Source: Takakia lepidozioides (lineage: Eukaryota; Plantae; Bryophyta). Taken from it: DNA of 64,000 nt. Below, piece after piece: positions 12,401-25,180 of this stretch. Under the pieces are notes generated by a model. That model saw only the letters and a program-made list of their open reading frames with translations. It did not search any database and had not been told where the DNA came from. The stretch is taken from positions 76,322,001-76,386,000 of the forward strand of contig CM060731.1 of the NCBI GenBank assembly GCA_030704615.1. Reading direction: 5' to 3'. Both the position numbers and the translations under genes were made by a program. Each line of letters opens with the position of its first letter. Positions within the stretch are counted from its first letter, which is position 1.

Positions 12401-13985
12401 CCCCAAAACATCTGAGGTGGCAAGACACTTGGCGGTGTTTGACGTGGATATCCAGTACAAACCGGGACGGGACAATGTGGTGGCCGATGCCTTAAGTAGA
12501 AAGCAGCAGCTCATGTTGGTGTACAGGGGCGAGACAGCGCTCCAAAGAAAGATCCGGAAGGCTTACCAGAAGGATGAGATGGCGAAGTCCGTGATGCGGG
12601 ACTTGAGGATGGGGGTGAAATCGCAGTTCCACTTGCAAAATGGACTGCTCCGGTACAAGCAAAAGCATCTCTACGTGCCGAAGGGAGAGATCAGAGATAG
12701 TCTCTTGAGAGAATGCCATGATGGCCCGCTTGCGGGCCACGGCGGAGCCAAGCGCACCGCGGCACTCTTGAAGAAAGAGTATTTCTGGCCCAAACTGAGG
12801 GAGGAGGCCGAGGAGTATGTCAAGACATGCACCACATGCCAACAAAACCGGAGCGAGTATAAAAAGCAAGCGGGGCTGTTACAACCCTTGCCGATTCCAG
12901 AGGGTTCTTGGGAAAGTGTCTCGATGGATTTTATGACTGCTATGCCGCTGTCAAAAGGATTCGATGCGATCATGGTGGTGGTGGATAGGTTCAGTAAAAT
13001 GGGTCATTTCATCCCCACCAAGGAGACGGCAACGGCGCAGGAGACGGGCGACTTTACTTCGCCCACGTCTTCAAGCATTATGGACTCCCGAAGGATATTG
13101 TCTCGGACCGCGATCCAAAGTTTACGAGTAAATTTTGGAGAGCACTTTGGAAGAAGATGGGGACGAGGCTCAAGATGAGCACCGCCTTCCGACCTACGAC
13201 GGACGGCCAAACGGAAAGAGTGAATTCCGTGGTGAAGCAGATCTTGCGGAATTACGTGTCGGCAGACCAATCAGACTGGGTGAAGCACTTGGACGCAGCA
13301 GAGTTCTGTTATAATAACACAAAACATTCCGCAACTGGAGTTTCCCCTTTCGTATTGGTCTATGGAAAAGCACCTCTGGTGCCGACAAGTTGGGCCGCCC
13401 AAGACGTTGAGGAACCGGCAGCAGCGACGGTACTGGAAGAACGCGAGTGTTTGTTGAAGCTCGCAAAGTATAACATTGCCAAAGCTAGGAAACGGTATGA
13501 AAGGCAAACGAATCGAAAGCGGAGGGAAGTTAAGTTTGAGACAGGCACGGAGGTCTGGTTGAACATCAAGAATTTCCGACTACCTCCGGAAGTGAGTCCG
13601 AAGTTCGTACCTCCGTATGCGGGACCCTTTCGCATCCGGAAGGTTATGAATGAGGATGTGTATGAATTGGAGCTGCCGGCAAATAGCAAGGTGCATCCGG
13701 TATTCCATGTCTTTCTTTTGAAGCCTTACTTCAAAGATGAAGCGCGTCCGAATCGGCATCAAATGTTGCGTCCGCCACCTATGCTGTTGGATCATGAAAA
13801 TGGAGTATGAGGTGGAGGCAGTGCTTAAGTCGAGGAGGTTCAAGAATCGAGAAACGGAGTATCTCGTGAAATGGAAGGGCTATCATCATGTGGAGGCGTC
13901 TTGGGTGCGTGCCTCAGAAATGGAAAACGCATCTGAGGCGGTTGCAGCTTTCGAAGGGCGACCTCAAAAGCGGAAGAAGCGTTGA
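9456..13985 (+). pseudogene. gag-pol polyprotein with C-terminal chromodomain, disrupted
   Basis: gag YLRGYAQQWW; NCGEPGHMAKKC knuckle; DLILGM; [13 protein letters not shown] and YIDDILVYS; RH IHTDASDF; INT ECHD..GH..CxxC, SMDF, DGQTERVN and YAGPF; chromodomain YEVEAVL..YLVKWKGY. Several stops and frameshifts. Confidence 0.95.
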
Positions 13986-14890
13986 TGGGGACATGAACCT
14001 TGGATCGTGGGGGAGGAAATGCATGCTTAGCCCAGCTTAGCTAGCTCAGGAATTCGATTGCAAAAACTTGTGTTGTACAAATTTTGTTATAAATGAAATG
14101 GTTTCCAAATGTTGCGCCTCCTATTTTGTTTGGAATGGTGATGCATAGTATGGTTGGCTAGTGTGTAGAATGCATGCTAGCTTACAAAAGTGGGAGAGGT
14201 AAATTAGATTAATCGTGTGTTTGCGCAGTGCCGAAATCGGGTGACTCCCATCCAAGGGGCAAGGAAACTTGCACCTCCTTTGGGAGTTCACGTGCTAGTG
14301 CGCACCTGGCGCGTGCGCGTACTATAACTGCGCTACCGAGGGGGTTGCCTTGTAGTGCGGGCTAACGCGGAAGCTATGTGCTTCCGTTCACGTACTATAA
14401 TCGTGTAGCCTCGGGACGAAGTCGTAGTGCGGCTTCGGCGTGTTCCCGTACCTCAGGCCAGCATTCCAATGCGGACCCAATTGTAGTGATTGGGGCGCAC
14501 GGTTGGTTCAAGGTTATCTTCCTAGTCAAAAAAGGTTCAAGGTGAACCCTTGCTCAAGGTGATGCCAAAAGCGGCATGATGAGCGATCGCAAGCAATGTT
14601 GTTACAGTAAGACGATTCGATCCTCGGGAATGATCGTTCCTTGGCCTTGACGTAGGCCAAGAAGAGTGCACTGGGTGGGGCTTGAGAGGCTCCACCCTTG
14701 GCCGGGACTTGGAAGAAGTCGGCCGAATTAGCCAGTGGACAGTAGAGTCAAGTGTGGGGTTTGGTTCTTTGCCATGGGATGCCATGGTACGGAAACAAAC
14801 TCCTTGATGTGGAACACCACAACTTGGATGTTCGTTTCTACAAAATGGACAAGTCGATGAGGACATCGACTCCCTGTTGGTAGGGGTGTG

Positions 14891-15624
14891 TGTCGCGGCC
14901 CTTTGCCTTGAGGGCAGGGGGTCGGGACGCAGGAGGGGCTGCCCCTGTGGTGGGGGCAGTGGCAGCGATAGGTATGGGGGGGGGGGGGGGTGAAGTACCC
15001 TTGAGTGCCCAAGGCACTCAAAGAGGCAGAGGCGCTCACTAGGTGGAGCCCCGCACACCGGGTTGCGGTGGGGGTGGCTCCACAAGGGGTGGTGGTAGCT
15101 TAGCGGGACTTAGTGGAGGTGCATAGGACTCACCATGGGGCGGAGACCTTGTGGTGGGAGTCGTGGGGAATCTTGGGACTCATCACAGTCCAATGGGGCC
15201 GTGGTGGGTGGGCCAAGACTCACCGTGACTCATCACCGGGAGTCGAGGGTCTTCGTGGTGGTTCGCCATAAAATGGCATGGTTGTTTGTGAAACCCCCGC
15301 GGACAGTCACAGAAGTATATATAGGGAGTAGTAACCCCGAGAATGGTGCAAGCCCGTTGGTAACCAAAAACTAGTGAGTAAGCGAGCGAGCCGGAAAGCG
15401 ACCAAGGAGTGGGGAGCTATTCCGGACTGCCATCTACCAAAGGGAATTTTCCACTAGGCCCAAATTGGTAGAGGGTCTTTTGGAAGAGTAAAGGGGGACC
15501 GTTATGTCCCGGTGAGCACCCGAAGCTCCAAGAAGGCCCGGCGGCCAGGTTGGGAGTTAGGCGCGCGCATCAAAGCGAGTAACTATGACTTGAAGGGGAG
15601 CTTACCGAAGTGAGGTGCACGACA
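14891..15624 (+). repeat. 3' LTR of the gypsy element
   Basis: Direct repeat of 8698-9398, preceded by GGTAGGGGTGTG. Confidence 0.95.
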
Positions 15625-16274
15625 ATGAGTATCTCGACCTTTGTCCCGTTTGGATGAAGTCGCATCTGATTGATGCATATGGACTTCTAGTGTTCTCTGG
15701 ACATGTCACAAAACTCTAACTCTCTAGCACTTATGGAAAAGTTGTCAACTGTAAGCGTGTCCAATCCCATAAAAGATCCACCGACCGCAACTAGTTTTGC
15801 ACATGATATTTCTTTATATGTTTGTTAAAGGAGATAAAACGAGGGATGTGTGTTTTGCATCTATTAGATTAGATATTTTGAAAGCAAACAATCAATTCTT
15901 CTTCGTGATTTCAACTCCTCATGGGACCGGTGCACCATCCTTTGCATGTGACATATGATTCACACACAACTTGGTCCTCCAACTTTCTGCACGGCTAGAG
16001 GCTCTCATATTAATTTGTGGAATTCTTTTGCACACTCTGGCGACAAAATCAACTAGAGACTTAGGCATTGTACAAATATGTACTGAAAATAAATTATCAA
16101 GCAGCGTGGCGGGTGGTACTGAAAACGCATTTGAAGCATGTGCCTTTGGTAAACGTGCTGTAGACACAGCAAAAAATAGAACACGTACTGTGGACACAGT
16201 ACTTCACGCGTGGGGTATACTCGAATGAACAAAATGCACTTTTCTTGAGCTATTGTGCTACAAGATGTGTGTTA

Positions 16275-16288
16275 GTGGGCCCATAACC
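16275..16288 (-). promoter_or_regulatory. Half-tRNA-iMet type primer-binding sequence
   Basis: GGTTATGGGCCCAC, complementary to the anticodon-arm region of tRNA-iMet, directly abutting the LTR end. Confidence 0.8.
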
Positions 16289-16705
16289 TATTGTAGTCTC
16301 AAGAAAAGGTCAACATACAAAGTGAAAAAAAGACACAAGCAGTGACTGACACAGAACCACAGAGGCAAACGCCCATGAGACAAGAGTATAAATAAAGCCC
16401 TGATTCTCTTGATTAAAGCATACGAGCACTACAGAAAAGCTCAACCTGACACAGACATAACTCACACGCTCGATACTACGGTTCTTGGAGCTAAAACACA
16501 CAACACACAAGCTAGAGAGAGAGAGAGCTAAGGGGAAAAAACAAGAGATGTACACCCGGACGGCCAGGGAGGGAAAAGCCAGATCATGATGGTCTGCACA
16601 GGGGTTCAAAAGGGGCCTATGTGGTGACGTACATAGGTTTGCATTCTAAATAGCCGAGCTGGACATTCCAGCTGTACAGTTACCTCTCACGTAATGACTA
16701 CAACA
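16289..16705 (-). repeat. 3' LTR of the copia element
   Basis: Follows the purine tract GAGTGGAAG; begins TGTTGTAGTC and ends GACTACAATA (9/10 inverted repeat). Confidence 0.8.
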
Positions 16706-19700
16706 CTTCCACTCGAGAGAGGTAACTGGTCGAGAAGTGAGGGTTTTAACCAGTGCCACAAGGAATGTTGGTGATGCCCAGGAGACTGAGCATGCGTTGA
16801 AACTTCTCGCGAGGCAGGGGCTTCGTCAAGACGTCGGCGCCGTTGTCGGCAGCGGGGATGTACGCGGGATTGATCTTGTGGTTGGTGTAGTGCATGCGAA
16901 TTGCATGGTACTTGACGTCCACGTGTTTGGTGCGTTTGTGGAATTCGGGGTTGCGGACGAGGCGAATTGCTGCTTGGTTGTCGGTGCGGAGCAGAGTTGG
17001 GGCGGGCTGGGGGTAACCTAAGTCGGAGAGGAGCTGACGCATTCAAAGGACTTCATTGGTGGCGACATATGCCGTGACGTACTCGGCCTCCGTGGTGGAA
17101 CCTGCAATGCAGCCCTGCTTGCGGCTTCCCCAAGCAACAGGCAGAGCAAGCATAAGACGTAGTTCGGCAAGGCCAACATAAACGCAAGGATCAGCGGAGG
17201 TGGGCTGGAGGCTGTAAGTGACAAGAAAGTCGTTGAAGGTAAATTGGTTCCAAACCCGCGAAGATTGCTTGAGGCCGTAGAGTGCCTTACGCAGTCGACA
17301 AACCTTTGTAGGATGTGCATCTACAAAACCCTTAGGTTGCTCCATGTAGATTTCCTCCGCAATTTCGCCATGTAGGAAGGCTGTCTCGACATCGAATTGT
17401 GTGATGTTGAGGTCCTCTGCAGCTACGATGGAGAGAATAGCTCGGATGGAATCAAATTTCACAACCAGGGAGAAGGTTTCAGAATAATCGACACCTTCCC
17501 GTAGTGAAAAGCCTTTGGCGACCAATCTGGCTTTGTAGCGCGAGACAGTTCCATCAGCGGAGAGCTTAACCTTGTACACCCACTTATTCTGTATAGCGCG
17601 CCTTCTGGGGGGCAGATCCTCTAAGGTCCAGGTCCCATTGGTGATCAGCGAGCTGTGCTCTTGCGCCATTGCGACTTGCCACTGTGCACATTGGGGAGAC
17701 TTGAGGGCTTGGAGATGCGTCTTGGGCTCGATGGGGATGGAGTCTGCGACATCAGCGTGGGCCATTCCAGCGTAAAGGTGCTTCCCATCATGGAAAACCC
17801 AGTCCCCATAGCGGTTGGTGGACGGTGATCACGTTGCTGGGGCGCAACAGTAGGACTGGAGCCGCGAGGCTCAATATGGACTTCTTCGAACATAGGGCTG
17901 TTGGGCAGTGGCAGGTTGAGCTCTGGTAATAAACTGCCAGTGCTGTCATGAGCTACGGGATCACTTGGTGAGGGTACAGGCTCGGCAACGGAGTCCTGCT
18001 CTACTTGAATGGTGTGAAGAGGGGCCATCACCTCAGGTACAAAATCAGTGTCTGTCAGTGTGATGTCTTCCCATGTTGCGAGAGTGACGTCAAGCGCATC
18101 ACGAGATCCACCAAAATCTGTCCCGGTGGCTCGGAGTCAGTATCTTCTGTATCAGCTGTGCTTCCGGAGTTGAAAGGGTTCACTGGGCCGCTGGAGACGG
18201 GGTCTGTGAGGTCGAGAGGAGTAACATTGACATCAGATTGCTGATCAGGTGAGAGGATGTGGGGGAATGGGGTCGGAGCTGGGACTACAGGAGCTGCAGC
18301 AAAGACGGGCGGTGCAGGTGGTGCTGGCCAGGCCCCGACTCCTGCTGGGGCAACTCCCACTGGCTGCAACATGAGTGATCAAGAAGTGATGCGGGCAGGC
18401 TGCTGCTGGGGAGTCTCGGCATATACCCCCCAGATGACACTTGATTCGTCAAAAAGTACATCGCGACTCTCGATGATCTTGTGCTTATCATTCAGCCAAA
18501 TCTGATAGGCCTTGCTACATTCGCTGTAGCCCATGAAGATGCCACGCGTACTCTTGGGAGCCAGTTTTGTACAAAGCTCAGAAGGGACAAGGACGAGCAC
18601 ATCTGCGTCAAATACTCGCATATGAGAGACAAAATGGATGAGGTGGTGCCAGTGCTCAAAAGGAGTGCGGTTGTCAAGTAGCCGGTTGCCTGTGCGGTTT
18701 AGGTAGTAGACGGTGGTATGCAGAGCTTCACCCCAGAACTTGAGCGCCACGTTTGCTGAATAAAGCATGTTGCGCACACTCTCCATGAGTAGATAGCTAT
18801 TGCACAGAATTAACTGATGGGCCTCCATGATACAACTCCTAACTGCTCTCTACCCACAGTATATGGACAATAGTATCATTCCATTTAACTTGCTGGATCA
18901 TCCCTTCCCAAGACTCCACCCTCCTCTCCACCAGAAAATGAGCTCTGAATGTAAGAAATGAACTGAGAATGATAGACTTCATTAAGGAGACAAAAAAAGA
19001 AGCTAACTTCAAAATATCACCCTTGTTTCTGCTAACAGAACAAAGGGTGCAACAAGCAAACATGCTACATGATTGATTAGAGTTTCCTTGAGTTGCCACT
19101 TTATGTATCTAGGAATGTCAATAACCATGCCTGAAGAGGTTGTTGTGCTTGCATGACCCGCATCTGCTCATTGACAGGGCCTTCTTTGGCCTGGACCATC
19201 CCTTGCACACAACATTCCACACATCATGTAGTTGGTAGCAGCACTGAGTGGCATTGGTAGTGAGCACCTGTGAGCCCTATTTTTACTAGGTGTCTAGTCT
19301 AACTATCAGCTTTCATCACATTTCTCTGTGAACCATCCAACAAGTGAGTTTGGAACAGATACCTGGACAGCAACCTTAAACGGCCCATGACTTGGACACA
19401 GGCAGCACTACTAGTTGGCCTCATATGAGATCTGGTTGAATAGCTGGTGTAGACCAACCAAGCAGGGCAGGGTTCCATTTTTGTTCCATGCAGAAACAAC
19501 GCATCAATATGTAGATGAAAACCATTAGTATAGCTGGTCAGTTTGCTGCATTTTCACTATGTATCTAGTTCAATCAAATTTCAAGTCTGTTAGTTTTTGC
19601 ATATGTTCAAAAAGTTAGGAATGATCTTGAATTGACAAATAAATTGATGCTTTAGGTACCCAATGGAGGCACTCTGCATGCCACAAGAGCACATGATTGA

Positions 19701-19710
19701 AGGAAGTTAT

Positions 19711-20156
19711 CTTGAGATGAGTTGTGGCAATCACATTCTCTTCTTTGACTCTCAAGTCTTTGAAACAATAAACAATCCCTCCCTGTTATCAAGAATCCAT
19801 CATAGAACAAACATTGGGAGGCTCCCAATAGGTGACTCAAGTGATGAAAACAGATGCATCTACAATGAGCATTTAAGTTTGGTGCAGGCTGGTCATAATC
19901 CACTACGGGCCTATAGACTCTACTAAGTGGTAACTTCAACATAAGGCACATGACAGCTTGCCTGATTCTGCAATATTCCCTCGGCATCCTCATATTGAAA
20001 TGCTCTGCTTATCTGCCAGCAAAATAAGAATGGTTGATAAAACAAGAGTTCTATAAAAAAAATTAGACAAAGCAACTCCCTAGACTACAAGGGCCACGAG
20101 ACATACACCCAAAAACTGGAGGTGAGATGTTTGAAAGAATAGGGCGCATCCATCAG
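19711..20156 (-). pseudogene. Nocturnin-like (CCR4/EEP) gene, downstream exons
   Basis: Exons 20156-~20109 (DGCALFFQTSHLQFL), 20012-19962 (FQYEDAEGILQNQ) and 19782-19711 (GGIVYCFKDLRVKEENVIATTHLK) correspond to nocturnin DGCALFF, NQVAI and AVTHLK. Confidence 0.8.
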
Positions 20157-20426
20157 CTGCATTTCGATATTTTTTGCAGAACAATGCACCAGATTCACCA
20201 TCACATTTTATTTTCCAGACTGGAATGAATTTGTGGCCTATAGCAGTGACTCTTTTCAAAGAACCTCTTCTACTCTCGAGCTTAAATAAAAGAGAAGTTG
20301 AAGACATCATGCCAAATAGAAAACAACACATTATACCATAACCACATTTGCACAGTGAAGCGCCCCCACCCACCAATAAAAGTCTATATTACGCATAGAA
20401 CCTGACGTCTCATGTTACCATGGGAG

Positions 20427-21004
20427 TGTCAAGGATGAAAACATGACTGAACATAAACAAGATATCAGACTAGATATACAAGACTAGACAAGAAGTCAAG
20501 GTCAGCGTCGCCGAATGCATGATGGGTAAACATGAATGAAGATGATCTTTATAACAATGGACAAGAGTACAAGATATTGGAACTCGACTCGAATACTGTA
20601 ATGCAAGAAACTGGATTGGGTACCAGATACTGGAAACCGGACTAGAGTACTGGAAGCTGGACTGGAGTACTGGGTCTGGGAACAAAAGTAGCTTGAACTT
20701 GTGTTGGCGAGACTGAAGAGTATCCAGTCTCGCCTCTTATATATACTGGCTACTAGAAAGTTCGCTAAGAAGCTTCCCCAATGGAGGTTTGTTGATGGAG
20801 AAGTTTCCTCCAAAGGAAGTTTCATGAGCATTTTCCCAAGTTACTCTCGGTAATTTGGTAAACTTCCGGTAATTTGATAACTAATGATAACTTATGGTAA
20901 CTTATGATAGATCATAATAAATCACGGTAATTTTTGGTAACATGATAACTTGGTTACTTATGGTATTTATTCCTGGTAAGTTCCTCTGGGCTATGTCCGT
21001 GACA
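20427..21004 (-). repeat. 3' LTR of the Tcn1-like element
   Basis: TGTCACGGAC...CCTTGACA on the minus strand; inverted copy of 29257-29797; followed by CTCCC. Confidence 0.93.
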
Positions 21005-24000
21005 TCATCCCCTCCTCTAGCGCCGAATTCCTCAAGGAGCGATAAAATCTTGGACTTGCTTAGAGTTGGAGAAAATCCAAAATCCGGCGAATGATACTTG
21101 CCAAGTATTCGGCTCTTCGTTCTTGATTCAAATGATCTATAGGTCCCTACAACCATCAATAGTGTCCAACACCTTAAACTTGGGACCACGCAATGATTTG
21201 AGCATTCTGATTTTTTAAGCTGTCTTCAAACATGATTTCGTTGTCCTCTGGGTTCGAAACCTCAATCTCCAATAGGATTATCAGACTTTGAGTAGGCTCC
21301 ACTTGCCGTCGTACAGGGTCTAGACGAGGAAGTACGCATCGCATTGGTGGGTCATCGTCTCGAGAGCGTCGGTGTGATGTTGAAGGTCGTGAGAGTTGGA
21401 ATGGCTGATCTAGTAGTTGGATAAGCGACAACTCCAATGTATTTGGTTTATGTGACTCCATGCTGCCAATACAAGATGCAAGAGTGTTGGAAGTGTAGCT
21501 ATATATACTGATGTGTGGTGCTCCTCCATCCTTAGCGTGTATCAGATACATGTTATGTGGAGTCTTCACCTTGAAGTTAACTTGGCTGACATCATCGTTG
21601 TGACGTTTTATTGACGTGTAGTTCGAGGCTTAGCTGGATATCGTTGATGAAACTCTTGGACTTTGTCAGATGCATTGACGAGGTTGGATGAAGGTTCCCA
21701 CGTTCGTTCGCTGATGTCGTAACATTTCCAATGTACGAAATACTCAAGACGTTTATACTTGATGCGAGAGTCTAGGACTTCGTCGACTTCATACTCGATT
21801 TCTTAATTGACTTCGATTGGTGGAGGTGGTACGGAAACTCTCCCTGGAATATTCGATGGATGATACAACCACAATAATGAAACATGAAAGACTGGATGGA
21901 TGCGCATACTTCGTGGGAGTTCAAGCCGAAAACTGACCGGATTTATTTGTCGAATAATTTTGAATGGTCCTAGGCGTTGATAATCTAGCTTCATTGATGG
22001 TCACAAAGTTTGTATGTCCCCTGGAAGAAGCCACACACGATCTCTGACCTTGAACTGGGGTTGAAGAAGTTATCGATGTTGATCTGCATACTCCTTGTAT
22101 TGTTTTTGAGCTTCTGCTAGGTGAAATGTAAGCTCCTTGTGAATCGTAGCAAGATGAGTAGCAAGGTTTTCTGCAGTAGGGCTTCCAATAGTTTTCATGT
22201 GGAAATGGTTTGTTCGAGGATGATGACCATAATTGAAGAAAAATAGAGTTTGTTTGGTTGAAGAATATATAGTGTTGTTATAGGCAAACTCAGCCAAGGG
22301 CAGAAGGTCCATCCAATTATCTTGGTGATAATTTATCGTACAGCGAAGATACTGCTCCAAAATCTGGTTTACGCGTTTGGTTTGACCATCAGTCTGTGGA
22401 TGATTAGTTGTAGAGATGTTGATCTTAGTATCCAATATGTGAAATAATCCCCTCCAGAAATTTGATATGAACTGTGGTCCTCGATCAGATGCGATGTCCT
22501 TTGGGAGTCCATGAATGCGGTAGATATTATTGAGGAAGAGTCTTGCAGTTTCCTCGCCTGTAACCGTCTTGTTACATGGAATGAAATGTGTCATCTTCGT
22601 AAAACGATCCACAATAATAAAGATTGAGTTGGTGGTCTTAGAAATTAGAAAGTCCGTAATAAAGTCCATAGACAATGACGACCATAGACCCTTAGGAATG
22701 GGTAATGGTTGAAGAAGGTTGTAAGGTCGATGTCGTGGTTCCTTTGCCCTAGCACATGTGTCACAAGATTTTATAAATTCTTTCACGAGTTTCTACATCT
22801 GTGGCCATCAATAGTCCCTGGATATCAATTCCATAGTTTTGTTGAAGCCAAAATGTCCTACAGCCGGAACATCATGATATGTTTGAAGAATTCGAAGTCG
22901 TGTAGGTCCTGGAGGTATATAGAGAAGTCCCTTGAAACAAAATAATCCATCTTTGAATTCGAAGTAGTTTGTAACATGTGGGTTGTCTCGAGATCAATTT
23001 AGTTGACTTCGTAGTGTCGTGGCAAATTGGTCGCTCTTCAGTGCTTCCTGAATCTTCTTTATGATCTCTGCATGGTCGTAGGTGAACATGGATATCATAT
23101 TTAATTGGAGATTTGCTGGTTTCAAGATGATGGATTTTTGTTGGCCAAAAGCTGTCTCCCTTTTTTTCGGTGCAAGATACGATCGTCGTGAAAGAGCATC
23201 GGGTTTCCCTTGAAGATGTCCGGGGCAATAGATAATAGCAAAATCAAACCTTACTAATGACATACCTCATCTTGCTTGACATCGATTCAAAACACGAACA
23301 CTCATAAAATATTCGAGGTTTTTGTAATTAGTATAGACAGTGACCTGATGTTTAGCTCCTTCCAATAGATGACGCCACTCCTCAAAAGCATCGATGATCG
23401 CTAGAAGTTCGTTGTCATGGATTTCATAATTGATCTCTGCAGCGGAAAATTTGCGAGAACAAAAACCAACATGTGAAGTCGGCCATCCGTACTGTATTGA
23501 GAGAATATAGCGCCAAGTGCAAAGTCTGATGCATCTGCTTCTAAAAAGAATGGTTTAGATGGGTCTGCATATACCAGTATTGGAGCCGTTGTAAATGCCT
23601 GCTTCAGCCTTTCAAATGTCTGGTCAGCCTTCTCGTCCCATACAAATTTGTCCTTCCCTGTGAGTCGTGTCAATGGTGCAGCAATTTTGGAGGAGTCCTT
23701 TATAAAGATTCTATAGAAATTTACAAATCCCAGAAAACATTGTACATCTTGGACCGAAGTTGATTTAATCCACTCGATAATGGTTTGTATTTTCTTCTAA
23801 TCCATAAAAACGTCTTTATCGGAAATAATGTAGCCCAGAAATTCGTCCTCAGATTGATGGAAAATATATTTTTTCAAATTGATATATAGTCATATTTCTC
23901 TTAATTTATCAAGGACAAGACGTACATGACGGCCATGTTCTTCTTCATTTTATGAAAATGTCGTCTAAGTAGATGACTACAAAGTCATCTAAAAATTCTC

Positions 24001-25180
24001 GAAAGATGTCATTCATCATATGCTGAAAAATTGCTGGAGCACTTGTAAGACCAAAAGGCATAATATTATATTCAAAATGTCCATACTTTGTTCGAAAAGT
24101 TATTTTTCATTCGTCTCCTTCTTTTATCCGTACAAGGTTATAAGCTCATCTCAAATCAATTTTGGTGAAAATCTTCGCTCGTCTCAGCTGGTCGAGAAGC
24201 CCAGAAATCAGCGGCAACGGATAACGATTCCTAATTGTGACTTTGTTGAGACCGCCATAGTCTACACATGCATCATGATCCGTCCTTCTTTTTCACAAAC
24301 AAGATAGACGTCCCCACAGGTGATTTTGAATGTCGAATGAAGTGCTTCGACAAATTTTCATCAATGTATTCACGTAATGCAGCCAACTCCGTATGGAATA
24401 AGTTATAGATTGGGCCGAATGGTGGTTGGGATCATTCTTGTAATTCAATTGCACAGTCATAAGGTCGATGTTCTGGCAATATGTTTGCATTTTTCTTCTC
24501 GAAGACATACTTGAATCTAGGTATTGAGTGAGTAATGTTAAAGTACCTTTGTCTGTTGTTGTGGTCTTGATCGGAGTCGCATAAAGTGCAAATACCGCAT
24601 CCTTTTTGGTAACTCTCATGAAAGCTCTAGCTCCAAGGAACAGGGGTTAAATACATTTGATATTTCTACATTTTTATCTTGTAGAAATTTTTCGTGAACG
24701 CCAGTCGATGTCAGGATTGTGAAGTACGAACCAGGGAAGTCCAAAGATCACAAGATTTGTTGGAGACCGGATGACGTTGAAAGCAATATGTGATGCTTGA
24801 TCTTTAAGCTTCACTTCAAATGATCGAGTTTCATGGTCAATATCTCTTGATGCTAACGGTTGTCCATCGATGACTTTAACGGGGGCCGATAGTTTCTTTT
24901 TTACGAGCGTTAAATTGTGTTGTTTCGCAAAAAATTTGTCAATAAAACATTCTGAAGCCCCTGAATCCAAAAGTGCTTCTACAGAAATATCTCGATTTTG
25001 CACTCTGATTTTTACCGGAACTGTGAAGTAAGGTGTAGGGTCTGGAGGTAGAAAAAGATTTTTTTTCGGTGAGGAATTTGTGGTGTCCAGCCGCATGGTC
25101 CCTACTGTGACTGGACATCTTTGTTTTCCGGCCTCCTCGTATCGAACATTTGAGTTGCGCCCCGAACTGACCACGTGGTG
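20427..25180 (-). mobile_element. Tcn1-like Ty3/gypsy chromovirus: gag end, pol, PPT and 3' LTR (degenerate)
   Basis: PR ALLDSGASECFID; RT YLDD region; RH LEADASDFALGA; INT SMDFIT, DRGPQF, HPQTDGQT; chromodomain YEVDEVLDSR..YFVHWK..RTWEP; PPT GAGGAGGGGATGA (21017-21005). Most of gag is missing above ~25180. Confidence 0.92.

Larger units (their letters stand above)
8698..15624 (+). mobile_element. Full-length Ty3/gypsy chromovirus LTR retrotransposon (defective)
   Basis: LTRs at 8698-9398 and 14891-15624 (TGTCGCG...CGCGACA/CACGACA); near-TSD TTGAG/ATGAG; tRNA-iMet PBS; domain order gag-zinc knuckle-PR-RT-RH-INT-chromodomain; purine-rich tract before the 3' LTR. Confidence 0.96.
16270..18790 (-). 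mobile_element. Ty1/copia element, 5'-truncated and internally deleted (INT C-terminus, partial RT, RNase H, 3' LTR)
   Basis: INT FWGEAL..YLNR..TPFE..GIFMGYS; RT KWVYKVK..YKARLVAKGF, QFDVETAFLHG, LRKALYGLKQ; PCVY is joined directly to the RNase H segment VAWGSRKQ..STTEAEY (YVDD missing); then DNQAAI..RTKHVDVKYH, ADVLTKPL. Confidence 0.93.

Noticed and set aside
9414-13843. Antisense ORFs within the gypsy element
   Set aside because: Shadow frames of GC-rich gag-pol.
14575-14600. Hammerhead ribozyme core (ATGATGAG)
   Set aside because: Not CTGATGA, and no properly placed GAAA or stems.
18800-19560. Further nocturnin exons
   Set aside because: Exon-like pieces are present, but the expected GDFN and PSDH motifs were not found.
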